The notes under the pieces: model-generated | The model's input: only the letters and a program-made list of their open reading frames with translations | Database searches by the model: none | Told to the model about the DNA's origin: nothing | Origin: a virus | Lineage: Duplodnaviria > Caudoviricetes | Virus record (IMG/VR): IMGVR_UViG_3300034062_007196 | Span: 7,447-71,446 of that record | Reading direction: 5' to 3' (one strand) | Length of the DNA: 64,000 bases | Program-made: the position numbers and the translations under genes | Shown here: one piece after another, positions 28,731 to 38,800 of the stretch | Position numbering within the stretch: the first letter of the stretch is position 1 | Layout of the letters: each line of letters starts with the position of its first letter

Positions 28731-29903
28731 ATGAGTCATTTAATCGAAGAATACGCCAAAAATTTAGGAGTCAAAATTGGTAAGCCAATTTTTGAACCTC
28801 ACTACATGCCAGTAACAGATGAGAAATATATTACTGTTCATGTTGATAATAAAATTGATTCCAAGTATTATGAATTCTTTCCAGAAACCTTAGACTTGTT
28901 GAAGAATATTTTATCACCCCTTGGTTATAAAATTTATCAAATTGGTGGTGCAGATGACCCAATGTTGAGAGAGGCTGACAAATCTTATTTAGGTTTTTCT
29001 AGAAAGCAGACAGCCTATATTGTGAAAAATTCCAGTCTGCATTTTGGTATTGATAGTTTTCCAATTCACTTAGCCAGCGTTTATGATATTCCTATTATTG
29101 GTCTTTATTCTCATATTTATCCTCAACACGCATACCCATACTGGAGCACAAAAGAAAAAGTAAGAATTCTTGAGGCTGATAGAAAAGGTAAAAAACCAAG
29201 TTACAGTTATCAAGAAAGCCCAAAAAGCATTAATACAATCAAGCCAGAAGAAATTGTAAAAAATGCATGTGAATTGCTTGGGTTGAATTCAACTCTTTCA
29301 ATGAACACTTTGCATATTGGAGAACAATATTCAAAACCTTGTATTGAAATTATCCCGAACTTCTTTGGGGAAGCGGCTGAGTTGAAAAATCAAATTTTAA
29401 ATATTCGCATGGATTACTTCTTTAATGAAGAATGCTTGATGCAATGGGCATCAGAATACAATATCCATATCGTTTCTGATCAACCTATTCATCCAGAAGT
29501 ATTAAAGCGTTGTCGCAACAATATCAAAGAAATAACTTTCCTCATTAATGAAACAAACAAATTCTCGCTAGAATATTTGCAGTTTGTTAAAAATTTAGGA
29601 ATCGTTATGATTGGAGAATGTTCTAATCAAAAAGCTATTAGTGAAGTTAGAGAATATTACTTTGACTTTTTAATTGAACCAGAAGCTAAAATTAATGAAA
29701 AAATAATTAATGAGCTTCATGATAAACAAAATTTAAGATTCTTAACAAAGAAGGATATATTATCAAATGGAAAGCGTTATTACTCTAAAGCCCATGTTGA
29801 TGCAGGTATTGTTGCAAGCGACAAGTGGGGCAGCGTAATTAACCAACCCTCCTTCTGGGGGGATTTAGACCACTACTATATCTATGAATCCTTCAAATTA
29901 TAA
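28731..29903 (+). CDS. GT9 (heptosyltransferase-like) glycosyltransferase
   Basis: IYQIGG, HFGIDSFPIHLASVYDIPIIGLY, INTIKPEEI. Confidence 0.75.
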   Translation: MSHLIEEYAKNLGVKIGKPIFEPHYMPVTDEKYITVHVDNKIDSKYYEFFPETLDLLKNILSPLGYKIYQIGGADDPMLREADKSYLGFSRKQTAYIVKNSSLHFGIDSFPIHLASVYDIPIIGLYSHIYPQHAYPYWSTKEKVRILEADRKGKKPSYSYQESPKSINTIKPEEIVKNACELLGLNSTLSMNTLHIGEQYSKPCIEIIPNFFGEAAELKNQILNIRMDYFFNEECLMQWASEYNIHIVSDQPIHPEVLKRCRNNIKEITFLINETNKFSLEYLQFVKNLGIVMIGECSNQKAISEVREYYFDFLIEPEAKINEKIINELHDKQNLRFLTKKDILSNGKRYYSKAHVDAGIVASDKWGSVINQPSFWGDLDHYYIYESFKL

Positions 29904-30630
29904 GAGAAACGAACTTGGCCTTATTGAAGGCGTTGAATATAAATTTAATGAAGACGGCTCAATTAACTGGCGAGCCATGATTAAGCCAGAGCATTTATAT
30001 CCTAATAAGGATTGGTTTGAAACTCGCAAACTTCAAGTGCCAGACTCTATTGAAGGTCTTAGCGATCACCAGCTTCTTGTTAAGCTTGCTGGCATCAAAG
30101 AACTAGCAAGACTCAGGGGCTTCCTTGACGTTCAATTTAAAATTGAAACAATCTCTTCCCATTATGCCACAGCAGTTTGCTGCATTAGTTGGATGCCAAA
30201 TTATGAAAGCGATGGTAACGCTCAAACATTTACTAGCACAGCAAACGCAACTTCTGAGAATTGTTCTGGATTTGGCGTTAAGTTTTTGGAACCAATTGCT
30301 GAGAATCGCGCCTTTGTTCGTGCTGTTCGCAATTATCTAAATATTCACATTGTTGGCGATGATGAAATCGACAAGTCAAAAAATAAAGTTGCCTACGAAG
30401 AGAGTGAATCAATTGTTCAAACTCTTACTCCACATGGCGCTCTTCATAATGCTTGTAAACAAGCAGGCCACCCAGATTTTGAAGACTTCTTGAAATTGCT
30501 GCGCCAATTCTGGAAAGACGAAACTTATAAGAATGAAAATGCAAAGGATTGGAAATCTTTTGAAGATATTCCAGTTAAAGAGTGTCGCAAGCTGCTAACT
30601 CTCGTAAACGCATGTCAATTAAAAAAATAA
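29884..30630 (+). CDS. Putative single-strand annealing protein (Rad52/Sak-like fold)
   Basis: KLAGIKELA...ANATSEN...IAENRAFVRAVRNYLNI...DEI pattern. Confidence 0.4.
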   Translation: MNPSNYKRNELGLIEGVEYKFNEDGSINWRAMIKPEHLYPNKDWFETRKLQVPDSIEGLSDHQLLVKLAGIKELARLRGFLDVQFKIETISSHYATAVCCISWMPNYESDGNAQTFTSTANATSENCSGFGVKFLEPIAENRAFVRAVRNYLNIHIVGDDEIDKSKNKVAYEESESIVQTLTPHGALHNACKQAGHPDFEDFLKLLRQFWKDETYKNENAKDWKSFEDIPVKECRKLLTLVNACQLKK

Positions 30631-31070
30631 CTAATCCTGAAGAATTCGCAAAAGTTTGGCAGGATTTAGATAAACATTTTTTTCGCGAAAACGAATTATA
30701 TGGACATGCATTTTCAAAAATTTCTGCACAGTCAGTAATTAATAGTTGGGGTCATACTAGCCTGCTAACAAATACAATGCATACATGGGCTAGTATTAAC
30801 AATGATAAAGCTGATGGCGTTATAATGTTTCTCGAAAATATGAACACCATCTTCGGAGAGAAAATGTTTAATGAATTTTTTTGGATTTCGAATAATCCGC
30901 GCATTTCTTTCCAGCTTTTTCGACAAGCTGAAAAATTTGCAAAGAATAAAAAAATTAGATTAATATCTATGAGTTGCGTCGAAAACTATCCAACTTCAAG
31001 CAAGTTAAAAAAAGTATATCAAAGACTAGGGTATATTAAAGATTCTGAAACGTACATTAAAAAACTATGA
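30612..31070 (+). CDS. GNAT-like acetyltransferase
   Basis: LFRQAEKFAKNK...LKKVYQRLGY C-terminal GNAT pattern. Confidence 0.6.
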   Translation: MSIKKITNPEEFAKVWQDLDKHFFRENELYGHAFSKISAQSVINSWGHTSLLTNTMHTWASINNDKADGVIMFLENMNTIFGEKMFNEFFWISNNPRISFQLFRQAEKFAKNKKIRLISMSCVENYPTSSKLKKVYQRLGYIKDSETYIKKL

Positions 31071-31279
31071 GAAAAACTGTATCTAAAAAACTACGAGCTA
31101 TTATTAAACCAACTGAAAGTTCTGTGAATAAAAGAGTTTACAGACGCGCAAAGAAGCAGTATAATAGACTGCCAGCAAACGCCAAGCAAGATTATATCAA
31201 TGGACTCTCAGAACTCTACGAACAAGTGGTCGCAAAACAACATCGGAAGCCTGTGGCTGAAGGAGAGTCAGAAGGGTAA
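31067..31279 (+). CDS. small basic hypothetical protein
   Basis: ATGA overlap with upstream gene; K/R-rich. Confidence 0.55.
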   Translation: MRKTVSKKLRAIIKPTESSVNKRVYRRAKKQYNRLPANAKQDYINGLSELYEQVVAKQHRKPVAEGESEG

Positions 31280-31412
31280 GTTTTTATCTGGCAAGATTAC
31301 CTTAGATGTTAATGGCTCTAAGGTAACTCAGAACGTTGTAATCTTTAAGAATAAGTTTAAAGAGAAAGACAATCAGCCAGACTATCTTGTGTTTAAACCT
31401 TTTCTTAACTAG
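31200..31412 (+). CDS. DUF736-like small protein
   Basis: IGSLWLKESQKGKFLSG...FKN...QPDY. Confidence 0.6.
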   Translation: MDSQNSTNKWSQNNIGSLWLKESQKGKFLSGKITLDVNGSKVTQNVVIFKNKFKEKDNQPDYLVFKPFLN

Positions 31413-32790
31413 TTGTATTATCTCTTGTTAAGAGAAGAAAACCATCCGATGAGAGAGCTACGCTAGCATCTAAATCAGGTTCAATTGGACTAACTGTATC
31501 TTTAAAATAAAGATAATTATTTAATCCAATATCTTCACCATCACTACTCCGTAAACGAAGGAGGTCGCTTGTAAAGAGTTGACCTCCTTCTTTTTCTGAA
31601 CGCTGACCCCATTGCATACTTAAACCATCCTTCTCATTGCAAGCAAAAGAGAAATTTAATTCCGTGCTAAAGATTCCTTCGTAATTGATTGAGTAGCTTT
31701 GAGAGTTTAATTTAGCGTTATTGATTCTTAAAGTTTTATTATTAGTTAAGAATCCAGAATAGTTTTGATTAGCTAACCCAGAAAGGGTTTGAATGCTTTT
31801 ACCGCTGTAAGTTAATTCTTGCGGATCAATAAATTGAAGAGTCAAGTCGTAAGACTCCTCGTTTTTCATGACTCCAGTGATAGTGGCTTCTCCAGTGTGA
31901 ATATCGAGAGAAACAGCAGAAATGCTTAAGTCTCCTAAAATTGGAAATTTAATTTTTCTGTCGTAAACAAAATCACTACCAAATCCATAAGCATTTTGCC
32001 TATCAACTGACGTTGAAAATTTAATTGACGAAATAGCAGCTTCGCCCCATGGAGCTAAAACAACAGAAGGAGATTGCAAGTTTTCTGCCCCTATTTTAAA
32101 TACTGTTGAATCATAAATTGGTAAAATAGGCAAGCCAGTGATTGAAGTGTTCAACTGGTTAAGATTGGCAATAAAAGCTGCATTATTAATTTCCAACTGA
32201 GCGATGTTGTTTTTATCGCCAACTCCCAAGTTGATTGCTGGAAGGTCCAAAAGATTTGAGCTTATTGTTGACGCTTCCATGTTTACAGCTTCCATCTGCA
32301 TTGAGATAGAAGGGAGAGTATTGACTTCCATTGACAAACTGTAATTCTGTAGAACACAATTACCAAAACTTAAAACCTGCAAACCATTTAAATTATTGCG
32401 ATCCTTAATTGACTGAATTAAATCGGGGCCAAATAAATCACTAATAATAAAAAACAAATTAATTGAATGATTGTTGCTACCTCCAAAGCATGAGGCATAG
32501 TCGCCAAATGGCTTAAAAAATATACCAAGCAAGTTTTCATTCTGAAAAGTTTTTGACGAAATGAAGTCAAAAGAAACTGCAACAGTAGGAGAGAATGATA
32601 AATTATTAACGGCAAAATCAGCAGAGCCAACTTGTTTTGCTTGTGATCTATTGCCCTGTATTTCAAACGCCAAATTATTGACAAATGCAATTGGGAATAA
32701 ACCTCTTTTGCGAGGTAAAAAGTCTTGAGGCTGCTGAAAAGCTGGGCTTAAATCAGAGGCTAGGATAATGGAATTGCTTTTGATAATCAT
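31405..32790 (-). CDS. Tail-tube-fold paralogue (tail tip / baseplate tube)
   Basis: SPTVAVSFDF, DRQNAYGFGSDFVYDRKIKFP and AKLNSQSYS align with the 47137-48276 protein. Confidence 0.65.
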   Translation of the reverse strand: MIIKSNSIILASDLSPAFQQPQDFLPRKRGLFPIAFVNNLAFEIQGNRSQAKQVGSADFAVNNLSFSPTVAVSFDFISSKTFQNENLLGIFFKPFGDYASCFGGSNNHSINLFFIISDLFGPDLIQSIKDRNNLNGLQVLSFGNCVLQNYSLSMEVNTLPSISMQMEAVNMEASTISSNLLDLPAINLGVGDKNNIAQLEINNAAFIANLNQLNTSITGLPILPIYDSTVFKIGAENLQSPSVVLAPWGEAAISSIKFSTSVDRQNAYGFGSDFVYDRKIKFPILGDLSISAVSLDIHTGEATITGVMKNEESYDLTLQFIDPQELTYSGKSIQTLSGLANQNYSGFLTNNKTLRINNAKLNSQSYSINYEGIFSTELNFSFACNEKDGLSMQWGQRSEKEGGQLFTSDLLRLRSSDGEDIGLNNYLYFKDTVSPIEPDLDASVALSSDGFLLLTRDNTTS

Positions 32791-35045
32791 GGCACAAATA
32801 CTCCAAAACGCGCATTATATGGTTTATGAAAACTAGAGTTCAAATCAAAAGCTGAATTTTTTGTGTAAATTAAAACTTCAGCAATATTGCCTTGCCAATA
32901 TTTAGAGGAAGACACTTGAGAACCTACTGAAACTTTGATTGATGGAAGATTGCTATTGCTGATCAACCCTGTATTGAAAACTTCTCCATTAATGTATCCA
33001 GTAATGTGAGTAGCATTTCTGACGAAGCCCACATTATAATATTCTTCTAATGAAACGTTAGAAGCAATAGTGAAAATCTCAGAATTATTTCTGAATTGAA
33101 ACTGTCCACCGCTTAGGAATAAGCCATAATTTATAGAGTCGGAGAAGTTTAATAAACACATCTCATTGCTTGACGAAGTTTTCGCTACTACAAAAGCTGA
33201 TAAATAATCTCCAGTATTATTAATACCAGAACCAGTGATTAATGTTTCATTAAAGCGAAAAGCTGAACGAGTAAAAATTTCATTTTTAATTGGCGTTAAC
33301 CAAGTGGAAGGAAATGGCAAATAAGCTTGATTAACGGTATAATTATTAAAACTAGAGTTCCAATTCAAGAAATATTCGCTACCAGTTTCTCGCGTCTTAA
33401 TATTATTTAACCAAATGCATGAGGTTCCAGCATTTACAAAACCTGTAGGTGATATTGGCAAGGTTAAGTCTTTGTAAAGTTGAGTCCAATTACGATAATC
33501 TAAGTTGCAAATACATGAATAATCAAAACCAGATTTGGGCGTGGCATTAGTTAAAATAAAACTACTATCGCCAATTAGAGATATTGATCCAGATTCTCCA
33601 GAACCTTTTGACAAACTATCTAGCGTGGTTGACAAGACAGAATCAGATATTCCATTATAGTTTAAATTAATGCCAGTTAAATTATTACAACCACTAATAT
33701 TAACAGATGTTAAAGAATTATAAGATAGGTCTAAATTTTTCAACCCAGTTGAGCCTGCGCAATTAAATGAGGACAAGTTGTTTTGAGATAAATACAAGTT
33801 GTTAATTTTTTTAGCATCCTTGAATACCACTTGATTAATAAAATTCTTATTTAAGTTTAAATCAACAACATCAGCACTTGAGTAAAAAGTTACTTTATTT
33901 AACTGCTGCTCATTGCATGTTAGAGACTCGAAGCCTCTATAAGCTTTAATATTTTTATTAATATTAGCGGGCCAATTTACAGAATAAGTTCCACCAGATA
34001 CAAGTTCATTTAATCCAGAAGCATTAAAAATAGAAACTAAATCTTTAGGTGAAGAGGCGGCTGCAAAAGAAGCGGCTTCAACGCCTTGCCCGAAAAGTAT
34101 AGCTGGAACATCATTTGGATTTTTAATTCCAAGAGGGTCTTCAATCAAAGTGACTTCTAAATTATTAGAGTTTTGGTAATTCCAAGAGTGCGTCCAAGAG
34201 TCTGCAAAATAAATTTTTGGACGGTTATAAATTTTGGGACAATCGAATTGAAACCTTTTGTATCCCAAATTATTTTCAAGAAAATGCAAAATAGATTTTA
34301 GCTCAAAATCAGTTATGTTCTTATATGAGAGGCGAACATTTTGGAAATAATGAATATTGTCTTGCTCTTTGATTCTGATTGCGAAAGAGTTTTTGAACTG
34401 CAAATTATTAATTGTGGGAGCACTATCTACCGACAATCCAATATCGTTTGAGTAAAATAAATTTTGAGTCCAATATCCAGTATTAGTTGGAGCAGTATCT
34501 AAAAACCCAGTATGATCTTGAACAGCATAATAGAAGTTGCTTAACTTATTGTCTCCTTGAATTTCAAAATAAACTGGTTGGTATTTTTGATAAAACTGCC
34601 CAGTTGTCCAGTTTTCAAAATCGTAATTAACAAAAGACTTTCCGCTCCAATTTAAAAAGCTGGAATTTCTCTCTACTGAAAAATCTAAAGCAATATTGTA
34701 AAGATTATTTTGAGCCATTTGAACTGAAAATGAATCCGCATAACCAGTTAAGTTTCGGTAAATATTGGATTCGTCAGAAATGGCAAAAGCTCCAGTTCCG
34801 CTTTGACTTTCGAAAAAGTTCATTATTTTTTCAGCATCAGGTTCGTTGACTGAAAAATTGAAAGAACACTTGGCAATAATATTGTTTGCTGTTGAAGGCA
34901 ACAAAGAGTAAGTATTGTTAGAATAATTTAGTTTGTTATTTTTACAAGTAAAAGCAATAGATGAACCATAGTTAGGACTAAAGTTGAACGAAGGTAATAA
35001 AGCGACCCCCTCTATGTTTCTATCTCTGTTGTAAAATAAGCTCAT
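32787..35045 (-). CDS. Tail tip protein: tandem gpM/Dit-like domains, LRR block and LamG-like C-terminus
   Basis: ILHFLENNLGYKRFQF...DSWTHSW...LEVTLIE; LxxLxLxxNxL repeats; YYNVGF...GYING...IAEVLIY. Confidence 0.6.
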   Translation of the reverse strand: MSLFYNRDRNIEGVALLPSFNFSPNYGSSIAFTCKNNKLNYSNNTYSLLPSTANNIIAKCSFNFSVNEPDAEKIMNFFESQSGTGAFAISDESNIYRNLTGYADSFSVQMAQNNLYNIALDFSVERNSSFLNWSGKSFVNYDFENWTTGQFYQKYQPVYFEIQGDNKLSNFYYAVQDHTGFLDTAPTNTGYWTQNLFYSNDIGLSVDSAPTINNLQFKNSFAIRIKEQDNIHYFQNVRLSYKNITDFELKSILHFLENNLGYKRFQFDCPKIYNRPKIYFADSWTHSWNYQNSNNLEVTLIEDPLGIKNPNDVPAILFGQGVEAASFAAASSPKDLVSIFNASGLNELVSGGTYSVNWPANINKNIKAYRGFESLTCNEQQLNKVTFYSSADVVDLNLNKNFINQVVFKDAKKINNLYLSQNNLSSFNCAGSTGLKNLDLSYNSLTSVNISGCNNLTGINLNYNGISDSVLSTTLDSLSKGSGESGSISLIGDSSFILTNATPKSGFDYSCICNLDYRNWTQLYKDLTLPISPTGFVNAGTSCIWLNNIKTRETGSEYFLNWNSSFNNYTVNQAYLPFPSTWLTPIKNEIFTRSAFRFNETLITGSGINNTGDYLSAFVVAKTSSSNEMCLLNFSDSINYGLFLSGGQFQFRNNSEIFTIASNVSLEEYYNVGFVRNATHITGYINGEVFNTGLISNSNLPSIKVSVGSQVSSSKYWQGNIAEVLIYTKNSAFDLNSSFHKPYNARFGVFVP

Positions 35046-35845
35046 TCTAAATAGCCAATATAATTGTTAGTGATTGTTAGTTGGTCATCAGAATTTGCAG
35101 AAAGTTCTTGAGACACTTCTTGAATATTTGGCACAATAAGATTTACAAGTTGATTCGATGAATTTCTATCTTTAATTTTAATATTTAAAAATTTATTTGC
35201 GACACCAGTTAAAAATGATTCGTAATTACTTGGAACCATATTCACTGCATCAAAAACAACGGAAGATGTAATATTGATTGGTGGTAGAAAAACTACTTCA
35301 TCAATATCTTTATAACTGTCGAGAGAAAATATTGCTTGACGATTGATATTTAATTCGTAAGAAAATGATTTTACCCTGTTTGTTTCAGTGTTATTTCCTG
35401 ATACTTCAATAGACCTTGGGCTTGGAATATAAATAGGCGGATGAGTCTCTTCTGGCAACACCTCGTAGGAAGGTTCTAATTTGCCATATACGCTAATTGA
35501 GCAAGCAACAGAAGGAATATCGCCAACACTACAAGAAACCCCGTAGCGCGTCAGGAAACCGCTTGAAAAGCCGTATGTATTACCGTTGTAGCGAAAGCTG
35601 CCTGAGAAGCTAGAATCCCCTGTGAAATTCAAAATAGGGTCTGCATAAAGCAGGTTCCTATTAATTGAAATTTCCGCTTGCATTGGATTGTTTAGATTGT
35701 ATCCAAAATTAGTACCCAAAACCAAAGAATTCTCTAGCGGCACGGAATATGAGACACTCACTGAATTAATTCCAGACAATTGATAACCATTAACCACAAA
35801 AGATTGGTCATATTGTAGAACTGAATTGGAACGATCAATGCTCAT
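35042..35845 (-). CDS. Tail-tube-fold paralogue
   Basis: LSGINSVSVSY and VKSFSYELNINRQAIFSL tandem half-domains; directly after the TMP. Confidence 0.55.
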   Translation of the reverse strand: MSIDRSNSVLQYDQSFVVNGYQLSGINSVSVSYSVPLENSLVLGTNFGYNLNNPMQAEISINRNLLYADPILNFTGDSSFSGSFRYNGNTYGFSSGFLTRYGVSCSVGDIPSVACSISVYGKLEPSYEVLPEETHPPIYIPSPRSIEVSGNNTETNRVKSFSYELNINRQAIFSLDSYKDIDEVVFLPPINITSSVVFDAVNMVPSNYESFLTGVANKFLNIKIKDRNSSNQLVNLIVPNIQEVSQELSANSDDQLTITNNYIGYLE

Positions 35846-38800
35846 TATTTTCCTTTAGTTAGTGAACCTCCGAGGCGTTTCTCTTGAGCAATAACATCTA
35901 GTACTGCTTGTTTGATTTTGCGCTGAAGTTCTTTTTCGTTACCGTTGGTATTTTCTGTTTTTGCTTGAGCTTCATTTGAAGAAACATTAACTACAACATT
36001 ATCTCCAGCAGATTCGCGGGTTGCTTGAATTAATTCGTCTAGCTTAGAAATTAGAGATTCTGTAACTGCGCTTGAGTCGCCTTCTCCAGTGTTAGTTTCG
36101 CCAGCATTGAGACGATTAAGATTCTGAACTCCCAGTTTGCGAGTAGCGCGATTATTGAGAACAAACTCGCCACCAGAGAGCATTGCTGGAACGTCATCAC
36201 GCATTCCTGAACCGCCAGAAATTAAACCTCCAGAAGCTCTTTTTGTCCAGCCATTAGGAGGAGGAAGTAACGGATTATAAGGATTATAAGAACCATCGCT
36301 ACCATAATCTTGCAGATTCAATTTAGATAAATCAACATTTGAATCAGAATCAATTAGTGAATTTCCTCCAGTTTGAATAATTCCTTTACTATATGTATTT
36401 GAACCTGACATTAATAAGGCAGACCCAGCTTGTGAAACTCCTCTTCCTGATCCAATAATAGAAGCGTTTTGTAATGCAGGATTTGTTATAGCTCTAAGCG
36501 TTAATGCTTCGCCTGACAAAGAATTACCAAATGAAGTAAATAAGCCTTTACCAGCACCCTTTAAGCTCGAAAGTAATCCAGATGGTTGTCCAGATAATTG
36601 ATTTAACGCTGATTGATTCTCTGCTCCTATTTTAGCTCTAGCACCAGCAACAGAAACAACAGAACTAACTACCGCACTAACGATAGAAGTGACTAATTGT
36701 TTTTGACGCTCCTTTTCTCTCGCTTCCATTTCTTTAAGCTGCTCTTGATATTGTTCTTCTTGCTTTAATTGTTGAAGATAAACATCAAAAGCTTGCTGCT
36801 TGCTTTCTTGAACGCGCTCGAACATTGGATTATTCTGGCGACCAAATTGAGAAAGTCTGCCGCTTTCTGCCTCTAAAGAAACAGATGCTCCGCTCATTCC
36901 AAAACCGCCCATGGTATCATATTGACCGCTGCTAAAGCTTTGAGTAGCAAAACTTAAAAGCTCTCTTTTACCGCGAATGCCACCAGTTCCATATTCTCCA
37001 GGGGCGTAGAATCCACCAGAGCCACTTTGAACACCGCCACCACTCGCGAAGCCTTTTATACTGCCTCTATTTAAGGAGTCAAGGAATTTAGAACCATATT
37101 TCTGAACAGATGATTTTTTAATGACATATTCTCCGCCCATGAGCATTGCTGGAACGTCGTCTTTAACACCAGAACCGCCATTAACTTGACCACCAGAAGC
37201 GAAGAAAGATTGTGCGACATTGCCGACACCGCCCGTGACAAGGTTAGCGATATTTTCAATATTCTTTTGAGTAATAGCTTGGAAAAAGCTTGTTGCTGCA
37301 TCGCGCAGAGCATCTTTGAGGGATTTTGCACCACTGATTGCATCATTCAATCCTTGGGTAAGATTAGATGAGAAAAGTTGTGGAATTTCTTTACCCAACT
37401 CATTCTTAAAATCAAAAGTTCTTTTTTCTACTTCATCAAATCCTTGAGATAAACCATATCCAAAAGAAGAACGATACGCTCTTTGTTCATCAGGTGATCC
37501 CTTAGCTTGTTCTCTTTCATTTCTCGCTATCTCTCTTTGTTTAAAAACAAATTCTCCAACAGTTTGAGGATCACTTAATGAATCTCTTAATGCTCTAGTT
37601 TGAGCTTCTAATTTGCTAGAATAACTATTAACTGCATCGTAAGTTTCAAGCTCTATATCAAATCTCTTTTTTAATGTTTCTAGAGTTTGACTTGAAACAG
37701 CGCCTTCTTTTTGATATGATTCATACAAGTCTTTAGATACTTCTATCAATCTATCCCTCATATCTTGAGGAGCTTGAAACTGTTCAATATTACTTTGTAT
37801 ATCTGCAAAACCTTGACCGCTTTGAATAAATCCTGTAATTTGATCTATAAATCCTTCAGCAGTTTTTAAATTTCCTCCTGACTTCATTGGTAAAGTTGCA
37901 GAAGGAGAATAGACTCCTCTTAAATCTGTTAAATATTTTAAGGCATCTTGACGTTTCATCTCTTCTGGCAATTGAATCTTATCTACATTTGACATTAATG
38001 TATTGTCTAATTCATTACTACCATTTTGAAGAGCGCTAATAGCAGAATCAATTTTTGCTATGAAATCGGCTGCTAAAAGTTTTGTTAAAGCATTAAGAGC
38101 ATCAGTATTTCTATTTAATCCAGCAATATTTTCTTTTGTGAAAAATTCTCTTTTTATTGCTAACGTCTTTTCAGTAAGCGCTGCGTCTTTTTCTTTTGGA
38201 TTTTTAGCATTAAAAGCTTTTAACTCTTCTTCTCTACGAATTGAAATAGCATCTCTGCTAGTTTTAGCTTGGGCAGATAAAATATCAATATTGCCTTGTT
38301 TTTGAATATCAATTCTTTCGATTTCGCCACGAAGTTGAATTAGTTTTTTTTCTCCTTCTACCATTGAATTGACAAAACTAGCTAACTTATTCTTATAAGT
38401 ATCATAGGCGCGAGCTTCTAATAATTTTTCTGAATTATTAAAAGCTAAAATAGCTTGTTCATTTTCAACTTGTTTTTGTAAGTTTTTAAAACTATTAGTT
38501 GTTTCACTAATTTTTTTATCTAAAGCTTGAAGCTTAGATTGATCAGCTATTTGACCAGACTTTTCAAGAGCTTCGTTAAAAGATTGTAAATTTTTAACAA
38601 ATTCTTCTTCAGTTGTAGATTTACCCAATCCTCCAATGCTATCTTTAAGATTTTGTGCTGTTTCGGGGTTTAATCCCAATTCAGGTATAAATTCTAATAA
38701 ACTAGATTGAGCATCGCTAGCGAATTTAGATATTCTATTTTCTATATCTTTTTTTAGTTGAGTAGATGAAGAATTAATTTCAAAAATAATTTTTGAACTA

